NCBI GenBank assembly: GCA_002794465.1
Contig: MTSL01000219.1
Span: 11,459-43,458 of the forward strand
Source of the DNA: Paramicrosporidium saccamoebae KSL3
Taxonomy: Eukaryota > Fungi > Cryptomycota
Length of the DNA: 32,000 bases
Direction: 5' to 3'
Below, one piece after another: positions 19,485-29,817 of this stretch (positions are counted from its first letter, which is position 1; the number at the start of each line of letters is the position of its first letter). The notes below the pieces were generated by a model. That model did no database searches, had not been told where the DNA came from, and saw only the letters and a program-made list of their open reading frames with translations. Position numbers and translations under genes: made by a program.

Positions 19485-21924
19485 ATGCCAAGCTTTGTGC
19501 GAAGCTTCTTTCAAGCTTCCCACAGAATGGTGCATACAAATCGCCTGGCTAAGGAAAAGTCGCCCTATTTATTGCAACATCAGCACAACCCGGTAAACTG
19601 GTATCCATGGGGAGAGGAAGCCTTCAAGCAAGCTCGAGCTCTTAATAGGCCAATATTCCTGTCGATTGGCTATTCTACATGCCACTGGTGTCATGTCATG
19701 GAAAGAGAGTCCTTTGAGAGGTTAGATTTTGAAAAGCGTTATAACCAGTGCAGTGAAGAAATGGCCCGAATAATGAATGCCTCATTTGTGAACATCAAAG
19801 TGGATCGTGAAGAACGTCCTGATGTTGATTCGCAATACATGCTATATGTTCAGGCTACAACTGGTGGGGGAGGTTGGCCGATGAGTGTATTCTTGACTCC
19901 TGATCTCAAACGTATTCTTATTTCTATTCTCAACGTTGTAGCATTCTTTGGAGGAACCTATTTTCCACCCAAAGACTCCTTTTCAATGCCGGGTTTCACT
20001 TCAATTTTGCGTCTAATCTCTGAAAAGTAAGCTCTGAATAGTATTATGATGGCTGTAGATGGACGACGGATTCGGATGCCATAATTGAAAGTAGTGGCAA
20101 AGTATTCGACTCGTTGGCCAAAGCCGTAGAGGGCCGTGGCTCCAACGAACCGTCATCAGAGGAAAGATTGCTCGAAGAGTCAGCTGAATGGATAAATCGT
20201 ACATTACGACACTTTGACAGTAAATTTGACGAAACCTATGGCGGTTTTGGCGGTACAACTTTGCGACACTTTTGATTCAGATAGGCGCGCCAAAGTTTCC
20301 AACTCTGGTAAACATTGTTTTCCTGCAAAAAGTTGTCTCCCTTTGCAATGAAATCCTTGAAGCAAGGGATGTCAAGGGACACGTTTTGAAGCCAAATTTA
20401 ACACGCTTCTGCAAGGCCATCGAGGCTGATGGCTCTAATCCACGCGAAATTGAGGAAATTGCCAAGAGAGCGCAGGAGATGACTGAACGGACCCTGTCCG
20501 CGATTTGGATGGGCGGAATCCATGATCATATCGGAAATGGATTCCATCGCTATTCGGTTGATCGCAAATGGCATTTGCCACAGTATTCCCTGTGATATTG
20601 CATAATCATCTATTTAGCTTTGAAAAAATGCTATACGATCAGGGACAGCTCCTCGCTGCCTTTGCCGAAGCTGCTCGGCTAAATCCTGGTAACAGGGAGT
20701 ATCTTGATGCAGTTGAGGATATCATCACGTACATTCGTACCAACTTGAGACATCCAGAAGGAGGCTTTTACTGTGCTGAAGATGCTGATTCCCTCCCTGT
20801 TGAGGAAGCAAAGCTCAAGCTCGAGGGTGCCTTTGCGGTCTGGACTTTTCAAGAAATTCAAGATAGTCTTCCTGATGATGTAGCAAAGGTTTTCAACTCC
20901 CACTACGGCGTTGAAGAAAAGGGAAACGTCCCAACTGGCTTAGATCACCATGGAGAGTTACGCAATCAAAACGTTCTAATCGAACAAAGATCTGTTAAAG
21001 AGACAGCCGAGTTGTTTAGACTATCTTTTCAAGAGTGTCACCGGATGTTGGCCCAAGCCAAAGAGACTCTTGCCGCCGTTCGGGCCTTGAGGCCCCGTCC
21101 GCATCTAGACGACAAGATACTCGTTGCCTGGAACGCCCTGGCAATCAGTGGATTGTGCAGCGCTTACAGTGTTACTGCGAATCCCTCAACCTTGCTGCTT
21201 GCTGAGCAAGCTGCCAATTTTATCAAGGCTAACATGGTTGCGGAGGATAATTGTCTGGTCCGCTCGTATCGAAATGGGCCATCCACCATTAGCGGGTTTG
21301 CTGCGGATTATGTATTTTTGACCTCTGCCCTCTTGGATCTCTGGAATTGTACTCTGAAGCCTCAATACCTGGAATGGGCCGTACAAGTGCAAGCAAAGTG
21401 CGATACTCTATTTTGGGACGACGAAAACTATGGCTACTTTTCCAGTCCAAAGAATGCACAGGATATCCAGCTTCGTCTGAAAGACTGTAAGTCTTTCGTC
21501 TAGTATTGACTGTTTAGCTCAAGATGGCGCCGAGCCAGCTGTCAATTCGGTGGCAGCAATGAATCTGCTACGTCTTGATCTCATTGTAGAGGACAAGGGC
21601 TACAGATCGAAATTTGCACAATTGTTGTCTTCTCTTTCCAATGAAATGAAGGATGCACCCGATGCACGACCATCACTCCTGGCGGCTTTGATATTTGACA
21701 TGGCTCTACCAAGAAAGTTGACCTTTTTGATCCCTGCCCAATTTACCAATGATCCCCTCTCTAATGAAAACATAATGAGTTTGAAGAAAGCTTGCGGACA
21801 AGGCCCATTTCAGGTCTTTGCAGTCCAAGAGAGTGGTAAAACAGAGGTGCAAGTGTGTAGAGGAACGACATGTCAGAAACCTGTCGGCACCTGCGAGGAA
21901 TTGAAAGAGATTTTGAAAAACTGA
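19485..21924 (+). CDS. SPATA20: SPATA20/YyaL family (thioredoxin-like plus six-hairpin glycosidase-like) protein, 748 aa
   Basis: Exons 19485-19720, 19754-19911, 19942-20026, 20059-20252, 20285-20582, 20618-21486, 21518-21924. Motifs [79 protein letters not shown]. Confidence 0.95.
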
Positions 21925-22211
21925 ACAATTAGCCACACTGTTCAAGGGCATATCCAATGGTCGCAAATACAGAGTCTATTGTTCGTGTCTCCTATCCGTG
22001 TCTTTTATCGTATCCTTTACGAGCCAGAGATAATTGATCTGTTAAACAGTGCTTGTGATTAGGAATCTTGATAACTATCCCACAATTCTCGGTGTGTTAA
22101 GGATTGCCGGTCCATGTGCCGCACGTTTTATAGAAATACTTTTGTGCACTAAAATGATCTTTACTACAAGCATTACAGCAAAGTTCAACCGCAGGTCTGA
22201 TTAATAATAAA

Positions 22212-23090
22212 TTACATGGCTGATCGATCGATAAGAGAATCGTAATGTTCCCCCAAAGAGTATGCATATTTCTGAAAACTACATGCAATGAAAAAACGAC
22301 TGAAAAGATACCAGATACGAAGCGGACTGTCATTTCTATCAGAACCAAACGTCATTGGAGGAGAACTGGCTTGATAAACAACAATTGGCAGTGAAAGGGC
22401 CTCTGATAATGCATCAAGCTCCAAGTGTCCTCCCCAAAGATCATTCCCCCTTAATCTTTCACAATAATCTTCGAGAGGCTCTTCGAGAAAGCCGGCATAC
22501 TTTATCTCATTACCGAGAATATACTCTGCCGCCATATCCCGAAGTTTGCTTTGGTCATAATTTCTACTGTAACGAACCTTGAGTTGATGCGAAAGTGCGT
22601 TGAATAGACAGCTGCCATCGGGATCTATGTGAAAGATTTCAAGCTGCTCAGTTAGCAAGACTGTCTCAAATGCCTCTCTCTCTAGTCGACCTAGCTGGGG
22701 CATTTGTGCTGCGATCGCTTGTGCCTCTTGCTTCCTCTTGGCATCCTCTTCCGACCGCATCTCCTTCTTGGCCTGCCGTTTGGCCCGGGCCGCGGCGGCT
22801 CGCTCGTTTTCATGTGTACGTTCCATGACCAGAGCAGCACCAGCAGCAAGTCTTTCGTCAGTCTCCAAGGCCTCTTTCTTGCTTTCTAGCAGAGCCTCAA
22901 GAGTGCTAACCTCCTCATGGATGCTTTTTTTCTGCTTCTTATCAGCGTTTTTTACAGCTCGGCGTGCCGCGACCAGCCTTGTACGCAGCTCCTTGAGCTC
23001 TTGCCTCCGCGCAGAGAAGGGGTCTTCTATATCAACAAGCTCCTGCTCGCTGGTTTCATCGTATGCTTCGACATCCACAGAGTCTTCCAT
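22212..23090 (-). CDS. OTU2: OTU deubiquitinase (Otu2/OTUD6B-like), 281 aa
   Basis: Exons 23090-22312, 22278-22212 (33-nt intron). Catalytic IDPDGSCLF, WGGHLEL and LGEHYDSL, with a charged coiled-coil N-terminus. Confidence 0.9.
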   Translation of the reverse strand: MEDSVDVEAYDETSEQELVDIEDPFSARRQELKELRTRLVAARRAVKNADKKQKKSIHEEVSTLEALLESKKEALETDERLAAGAALVMERTHENERAAAARAKRQAKKEMRSEEDAKRKQEAQAIAAQMPQLGRLEREAFETVLLTEQLEIFHIDPDGSCLFNALSHQLKVRYSRNYDQSKLRDMAAEYILGNEIKYAGFLEEPLEDYCERLRGNDLWGGHLELDALSEALSLPIVVYQASSPPMTFGSDRNDSPLRIWYLFSRFFIACSFQKYAYSLGEHYDSLIDRSAM

Positions 23091-23275
23091 GGCCACGAAG
23101 CCAACAGGGGACCTATTGTAGGGCTGACTGAGAAAGATCCCTCAATAGGGATTTTCGATCCGCTGACCTGAAATTTTTGTAGTAGAGACTCTTTATCTCT
23201 AGTCCGTAGCCATGTTAATAGGATATCATATACTATATAAGTATCGTTTTAGGGAATTTATTATTTTGACTCTAT

Positions 23276-23897
23276 TTACAGTCCAATGCAACGCTTCACC
23301 ATGCTTCTGGCATATGGGATGTAGGACAGGGCGTACCACAAGAATGCAATAACTTCGACAATGGCAAAGACCAGAGCCAGTATTGTCTTCCTCTAAATAA
23401 TAAAAGCTAGCGTCGTATGCCGTACCCTCCAACCAAAGAATATAACCAAGCCGATGGAAACTAGGTAAATGACGCTTGCAATGATGCGAACCGGATCAAA
23501 CATTCGCCTCAGCTGTTTCACGGGGCCCATTAGGAACATTGTACTAGCAAGAAGGACAAGATTTCCGAATGAAAAGAGGATGACAAAGGGTACGACCTTT
23601 GGGGGAATTATAATAAGGCAGACATACGACTACATGCATGAGCATTGACCTGAGACAGAGATACCAAAGCGCCGATAACGACAGCAACTACAACACAGCA
23701 CGCAAAGCCAATTAATCGTTGCTTGTAGCTGAGGGAGAAAAATTCGTCCACCTAAACATATAAGACCAAGAATGTCTGCGTACGTCATCGAACAAGCCTC
23801 CATCCTTGCCCCTATTGCCGCCACCACCTGTGCTGCCGCCGCTGAAGATGGAGACTCGGGATAGATTGGTGTTTTTAATGTCAATAGTCACGACCAT
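23276..23897 (-). CDS. SFT2: SFT2/Got1-family vesicle transport protein, 173 aa
   Basis: Exons 23897-23784, 23751-23665, 23629-23426, 23392-23276 (phase-0 introns of 32, 35, 33 nt). Motifs SLSYKQRLIGF, FSFGNL, STMFLMGPVKQLRRMFDPVR, WYALSYIPYAR. Confidence 0.92.
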
Positions 23898-24235
23898 TTT
23901 CGCAAGTCCCACTACACTCTGCCGTTAAAGAGTCTACGTTAACTGAACAGCGCGTGCAATGGACCAATCATGATGAGGGTCGTTGTCGGCCGAGGAAGGA
24001 GAGTGACCATCTCACCAATAAACCCTTTAGATTGACCGGATAACTATGGATCATCGACCTTTGATCCCCAATCGATCTATATGCCAAGATAGACTCGCGC
24101 ACAATCGACGCCTAATCTTGATTCGCATATATGCTATAGTATACTCTCTAACAATATACCCGATCCCCGATCTGTTAATATACTATGATATATACTCTCA
24201 TAATATTTATTGTGCCGATTATAAAGACAATTTGT

Positions 24236-25081
24236 TCATTGTTTTCTTACTTCAGTTGTCATTATCGCATCTACCTTTGATACAATTGGGAAGATGAGAA
24301 GCCGTCTTTTAACAAAGAAGCGCGCGCTTATAAACGGATCGGTAAGCACTAGTCCAGCAATAAACCATACCAATCCGAGAGACGTTAACAAATGCCACCA
24401 AGCGTGAAGCTGTAGCATCGAATCCCAAGGTTGGCCGATATATGTGCGTGCGAAGCGTAGACTATCGCATTTATGTCTATCAACTAGCCACAAGATAAAG
24501 GCCACGAGATTGAATATTAGAGCAAAAAGCATTGACCTGCCCAGAGACACTCTATCTCCTCGCCCACCGCCTCGTGGTGTTTTGAGAAAAATGTGGAGAG
24601 ACATGCCAACGATAGCCACCATATGAAGACCAAATAGTATCTGGAACAATACGGCAATATTGAAAAAGTAGTATATCGCCATGCTTAATAATATGACACC
24701 GTAAATAACAAGGCCCGAGATCACCTTGACCGTCCGCGGAACTAGGGAATTGGCAGTCAATAAGAAAATGGACTGCCCAGCCAGAAGCAGCATAGGAAAC
24801 TCATCGAGTATCTGAAACTCGTAACGAAGAGTGGCGTGAAACAGGAACGAACCGATTCCAATGATGCAAAGAAAAACATAGCAGAGCTGAAAGCGAAAGG
24901 GAAGATTGATCCTTATCCCGCGATAGATGCCATAAAGTCCGACGGATACAAACGGTACATTGGTCAATGTATTCCAGAATTCGGCCACCATTGTTATGAC
25001 GGCATACTTCTCCTCACACCACACAATGTTAGAGGTAAAAATATGGCCATCGCTCCATGCATGTGTCTGCTCAACCGCCAT
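24236..25081 (-). CDS. Alkaline ceramidase (ACER/Ypc1, CREST superfamily), 281 aa
   Basis: First ATG at 25081. Motifs WCEEKY, AEFWNTLTN, GIGSFLFHATL, QILDEFPM, QLHAWWHLLT; all three Zn histidines are present. Confidence 0.92.
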   Translation of the reverse strand: MAVEQTHAWSDGHIFTSNIVWCEEKYAVITMVAEFWNTLTNVPFVSVGLYGIYRGIRINLPFRFQLCYVFLCIIGIGSFLFHATLRYEFQILDEFPMLLLAGQSIFLLTANSLVPRTVKVISGLVIYGVILLSMAIYYFFNIAVLFQILFGLHMVAIVGMSLHIFLKTPRGGGRGDRVSLGRSMLFALIFNLVAFILWLVDRHKCDSLRFARTYIGQPWDSMLQLHAWWHLLTSLGLVWFIAGLVLTDPFISARFFVKRRLLIFPIVSKVDAIMTTEVRKQ

Positions 25082-25385
25082 ATAGCCCGATTCCGATGCA
25101 CGATCACTTCTTAAGAGACCGTTTAGGCTCAGAGGTCTCAAGCTATTGGCTCAATCTGGCGTCACCCACTTAAGTCCCGGCATCCTCAAGCTTGGTTCAA
25201 TCTAACGCCGCCCAATCAAGGCTTAGCATTCTCAAACTATTGGCCAAATAGGAAGAAACTAAGGACATATAATGTTTGGCAAGTAAGGACTTGACCTTAC
25301 AGCAGCAAAACTAATCGCGCATGAACTGTCAAGTAAAGCGGAATAGTATACAATAATATTACATTTTTAGACCCAACTTCACTAA

Positions 25386-25471
25386 CTCGGGATAGCTCAG
25401 CTGGTAGAGCGGAGGACTGTAGTGTGTTCGCAGCCATCCTTAGGTCGCTGGTTCAATTCCGGCTCCCGAGA
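25386..25471 (+). tRNA. tRNA-Tyr(GUA) with 13-nt intron (25423-25435)
   Basis: Acceptor stem CTCGGGA/TCCCGAG+A, D arm AGCTCAGCTGGTAGAGC, anticodon stem GAGGA/TCCTT with GTA at 25419-25421, T loop GGTTCAATTCC, Pol III terminator TTTTT at 25473-25477. Confidence 0.97.
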
Positions 25472-25754
25472 ATTTTTGATATTTGTTCTATTTTTTAAAT
25501 AAGCGTGAATGCAAACGATATGAACTCTTATGACCAGTTTAACTTTGTGGGATGAATGTGAGCAGGCGTATATTCGTTTCTTTTAGTGAGATTATAAGTA
25601 AAAGGCCCTTTATTGGAATCCCTTATTAATAGCTATACCATCTTATGCATCGGGGTACTGCCTATGATGTGGTCAGGGATTACATCGAGTAATCCTTGGT
25701 TACAAGACCTCACCGACAGCTTTGTAATGTGGGTCGGTTAATCGTTCACAGTAC

Positions 25755-25967
25755 CTATATTTCCCGGCCAGTATAAAGGTCGTACATCGGCGCCAGGGGT
25801 CGAGCTTTTTTGTCCGCCGGATTCTTCGAGGTAGGCACATACCTGAGCTCGGTGATGATAAACTGAATCCTAATTCTAATGATGACGATTCATCCAAATA
25901 GTTTCAGCCTTGTCTGAGAGCTCTTTGTTTCTGCAGTTTCTTACATATATAGGTTGTCGTATCCGGC
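25755..25967 (-). pseudogene. Decayed retroelement RNase H-like fragment
   Basis: One frame reads GYDNLYM*ETAETKSSQTRLKLFG*IVIIRIRIQFIITELRYVPTSKNPADKKAR: DN...YVP(S/T)xxNPAD with retro-RNase-H spacing and two in-frame stops. Confidence 0.55.
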
Positions 25968-26019
25968 TCACTTGTGGCAATGTACTCAAATAATAAATCT
26001 CGCCATTACATCAAGTTGT

Positions 26020-26648
26020 TTATTTCGACGTGTTCTGAGGAATATTTGGGGCGGCTGGGATCCAGTCCGATTCAGGCACTACCAGACATGGCAGCATTTT
26101 CCCCATGTTGGCCAGACGGTTGACCCACTTGGGAATCGCTCTACCGGAAATCTGTATTGCAAAATCGTTTGAAAAGTGATTACAGTTTCTATCCACATTA
26201 TAGCGTGCATAATGAGGGACCTTGAGATAATGTTGTATGCGCGACCTGTATATTCGCGAGACAATCTCTGTACCACCAGGTATAGGTCCCGCCGACTTAG
26301 TGAAGTGTGGCCAATATTAATAGATTCCCTATTTAGAGTTGAGAGAACTCATTTGAATAAGTACCGCAAGACGAGACCGGGAATCGGGGTGTTTGGCGAA
26401 ATTTGAAAAATGCCACTTTGATCCGATTCATGGCCGCCAAAGGCAAACTCTTATAAATTTGAATGTGCCCAAATTGGTTACCCGTGCCATAGACCTCTAC
26501 ACCCGAATGGAAGATACCAAACCCGAACGGATAGGTAAACTTATTGTGGGGCGACTAAACGTAAGACTTTTGTGGCGTGATGGACCATGTCGTAAACATG
26601 TAAGATGACTTTTGCCGTGGATGGGTCAGAAGGGCTTTCGGCCGGCAT
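26020..26648 (-). CDS. DESI2: PPPDE/DeSI isopeptidase (DESI2-like), 165 aa (largely absent from ORF track)
   Basis: Exons 26648-26586, 26554-26482, 26449-26365, 26328-26221, 26188-26020 (introns 31, 32, 36, 32 nt): VILHVYDM, GIFHSGVEVYGTEFAFGGH, SRNCNHFS, IPKWVNRLA; catalytic His and Cys intact. Confidence 0.93.
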
Positions 26649-26789
26649 CCAAGTCCTTTGTTATGGGTCCCGCTGTAGCCAATAAGCTACAAACAAAAGT
26701 GTGTCTCGAATCTCTGCCACATCATCAGCAGAATGCACGGCCTGTGGTATTATATCAAAGTGAAGTTATAAGAAGAAATCTATTAGTTC

Positions 26790-28049
26790 ATGACTTTTGC
26801 CCTTGGTCGGCTGTTGAAAAATTATCGACTTTCCAATTATGGCAGGTTTCAGTCGTCTACAGCTTCAGCTGCATCGAGGAATGACTTTTCCGGCCATACT
26901 AGTTTCGCACGGCGCATCTTACAGAACGTAATGTCGGATAGCAACGGAACGAAACGTATCGTTGGGCATTGGCTTATCGGGACGAGTGGGCTTGTATTTG
27001 GGATTGTCGTCCTTGGAGGCCTTACAAGACTCACGGAATCTGGCCTGTCTATGGTCGACTGGAAGCTTTTGCACTTTCGCGCCCCGGGGAGCCAGGAAGA
27101 ATGGCAGGAATATTTTGAAAAGTATCAACAATTCCCCGAATATAAACTGAACAATCACGGTATGACTCTAGAAGAGTTCAAGCGCATCTACTGGTTTGAG
27201 CATGCCCATCGCGTGTACGGACGTCTCTTGGGAATGTTTGTCTTGTTCCCGGCAGCATTTTTTGTAGCAAAGAAGTGGGCTTCACCAGGAATGAGACGTG
27301 TTATTATGGGATGCGCTGGTTTGGTTGGATTCCAGGTAAGCTCGTCTGTAAAGCATACTGATCTGATCTAGGGCCTTTTAGGCTGGTATATGGTCAAGAG
27401 TGGTTTGAAGAACGAAATTATTGAAAATGGAGAGCAAGCTCGGGTCTCTCCTTACCGTTTGAGCGCCCATCTAGCATCGGCATTCGCATTGTACCTAATC
27501 ACACTGGCTGCTGGTTTCCGAGTTCTAGCCCCAAAGACTACTTTGCATTTTCTGAAAACTCCAGGCCCTCAAGTCCAGCAGCAGATCAAGCGAGTCTATT
27601 CTTGGACACACGGCATAGCCGGCTTTACCTTTGCAACTGCAATTACCGGTGCTTTTGTTGCTGGATTAGATGCCGGCCTGATATATAATACGTTTCCCTT
27701 GATGGGAGATCGCGTTGTCCCAAGCGATATCTGGCAAGAGAAGCTCTCTTGGAGAAATGTAACGGAAAATCCTGCTACAGTGCAGTTCATTCATCGCTGT
27801 ATGGCAATCTCCACCATCACAGCTGCATCTGGTCTCTGGCTGGCCGCTCGCCGCTTACCCCTCCATCCTACAGCGCGCAGAGCCTTCAATTTAATGCTGG
27901 CTGCTACCTGGTCTCAAGGGACTCTGGGTGTCCTCACGCTGCTTTATCTGGTGCCGATACCTGTGGCCTCGGCACATCAAGCCGGATCGCTGGTCCTTCT
28001 AAGCACATTTATCTGGCTAATCAATATCATGAAGCGGCTTCCAAAATAG
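26790..28049 (+). CDS. COX15: Heme A synthase, 407 aa
   Basis: Exons 26790-27335, 27372-28049 (36-nt intron). Motifs LGGLTRLTESGLSMVDW, FEHAHRVYGR, GWYMVKSG, VSPYRLSAHL, GAFVAGLDAG, VQFIHR, HQAGS. Confidence 0.96.
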
Positions 28050-28264
28050 CCAGCCCAAACAAGTCGACTTAGAACGGATCAGGATTTGCAATAAGAGCCC
28101 CAACACTTAAAACTACCTGTAAGACAATACCGGCTGTCTGTTGGGGACCTCAATAAAGAGATCTATACCAGAAATCCAACTCGACATGTTGAGAGTGGTC
28201 ATCTATAGACAGTGAACATTGCCCCACAGTAACTATTACTGACTTGACGTGAGAATATACCTGG

Positions 28265-28310
28265 CCTGTGAATATGCCTCGCCTGCGAATATGCCTCGTC
28301 TGTGACTATA
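28265..28310. repeat. 17-bp tandem repeat, about 2.7 copies
   Basis: cctgtgaatatgcctcg / cctgcgaatatgcctcg / tctgtgactata. Confidence 0.8.
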
Positions 28311-28434
28311 CAATCTCGCACTTTTACATCTCAGATTTTCTACCCCACGCGCTCACATCTCATACACCCACCACATATCTATCACACACGCCTCGTGCTC
28401 TCAATCAATAGTTTATTTAATATGGACTTGTATT

Positions 28435-29068
28435 TTACTTGGCCTAAAGATTAGTCATTTTAACACGCTTACGGGAATAGCAACTTCTCCACTCTTGACT
28501 TTGGTGGTCATGCCGCGGGCCGAAATACCTTCCACCATGCATCCCATGGATGAGCAGGTTCCAAGAATTTCAAGGACGGTTCCCTTCAGTTCCCGAGCAA
28601 GAGACTTGGTGCGGTTCTTGCGAGCAATATCGACAACCTGGTCCAAGGTTAGACTTCCGTGATGTCTAACTAAAAATGTCAAATACAACCCATATGATCC
28701 ATACTGTTCTTCTCCTTCTTGCGGTCACGAGGAGGCTCCTTGAGGCTCTTGATAACAAGGCAGGCAGTGGAGGGGACTGGCTCGACGGTGGCGACACGGT
28801 TTACAATGGTAAGTTTGCAGCGAACGCGGAGGCCCTTGTATTCCTGAGTGCACTTTGCGATATCTTCGGAAACCTTCTTTGCGGGCTACAGAGGATCAGA
28901 CCTGGCACATGAATGAATAACATACCACACCGAGAGGTCCAACTTTCTGGGCAAGTGTAGGTCCAGCACCTTCACCACCGATAGCACGGACGAAAACTAG
29001 GACGTTTAGGATGGATGGATGAGGTCCTTACGGATCTTAACGGCAGTGGGATCGACCTTGGGAGCCAT
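28435..29068 (-). CDS. RPL12: Cytosolic 60S ribosomal protein uL11 (L12), 164 aa
   Basis: Exons 29068-29032, 28996-28926, 28885-28705, 28669-28473, 28443-28435. [50 protein letters not shown]. Confidence 0.95.
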
Positions 29069-29135
29069 AGCGATTGGTCAAATTCGGGACCCCGGCCTCT
29101 TTGAATATTAGCCAGGCCGCGAATTTGGTAGGGCC

Positions 29136-29711
29136 ATGAATATTGCCAGACACTTTGCCACTGTCTCTGCAATCTCGTCAAAATATCCTCCAAGGAAGCA
29201 ACTCATCTGGAGTGAGTGCCAAAATTATTTGAAAAAGCCGATTTTGCTGCTGATACAGCACAACAATCTCGATACTCCGTCTAAGCATGCATTCAAATCC
29301 AAACTAGGGGCACTTGGTTTGTCATGGAAGGCCCCAAAGCCCCACATTCTCAGGAAAGCTGTAAAATTAGCAGGATACACAGGCCTTGAGGGCTGTATTG
29401 TCGGGCCAACCGGAGTTTTACTGAGTAGCAAAAAGCCTCATGAACTGCAAGCCGGATTGCAGTACCTGGCCACTCAAAATCGTGTTTTTATAGTTGGTGG
29501 CAAAATTGGAGACTATACATTTTCTTCAGAAGGGATTAAAGACGCCATATTTAATCTCGCACCTATAGATGCTTTGAGACAGAATCTCGTTGGCCTCTTA
29601 CAAAGTCCATCAATGGCCGTTACAAGCACTCTTTCTCTTGCCCCACTAGCTCTAGCAAAGACGCTAGATCAGCATGTAGCAATCCAAGACCAATCTACAG
29701 CCCAGGAGTAA
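29136..29711 (+). CDS. MRPL10: Mitochondrial ribosomal protein uL10m-like, 191 aa
   Basis: Presequence-like N-terminus, YPPRK, LLLIQHNNL, GPTGVL, VGGKIG, LRQNLVGLLQSP, typical of uL10m (yeast Mrpl11). Confidence 0.78.
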   Translation: MNIARHFATVSAISSKYPPRKQLIWSECQNYLKKPILLLIQHNNLDTPSKHAFKSKLGALGLSWKAPKPHILRKAVKLAGYTGLEGCIVGPTGVLLSSKKPHELQAGLQYLATQNRVFIVGGKIGDYTFSSEGIKDAIFNLAPIDALRQNLVGLLQSPSMAVTSTLSLAPLALAKTLDQHVAIQDQSTAQE

Positions 29712-29817
29712 ACGATATTCTCTTTATTTGCTTTATTTTCGTTGTTCCATATAATGTCGATCAATAGTACCCTGGTGGAAGTCCCCAATTCTCAGCCCAT
29801 TCTGAAGGACGGCTACA

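Noticed and set aside
22738-23121. Long antisense ORFs opposite OTU, KRR1, MFS, HOOK and CRM1
   Set aside because: Shadow ORFs caused by codon bias of the real genes.
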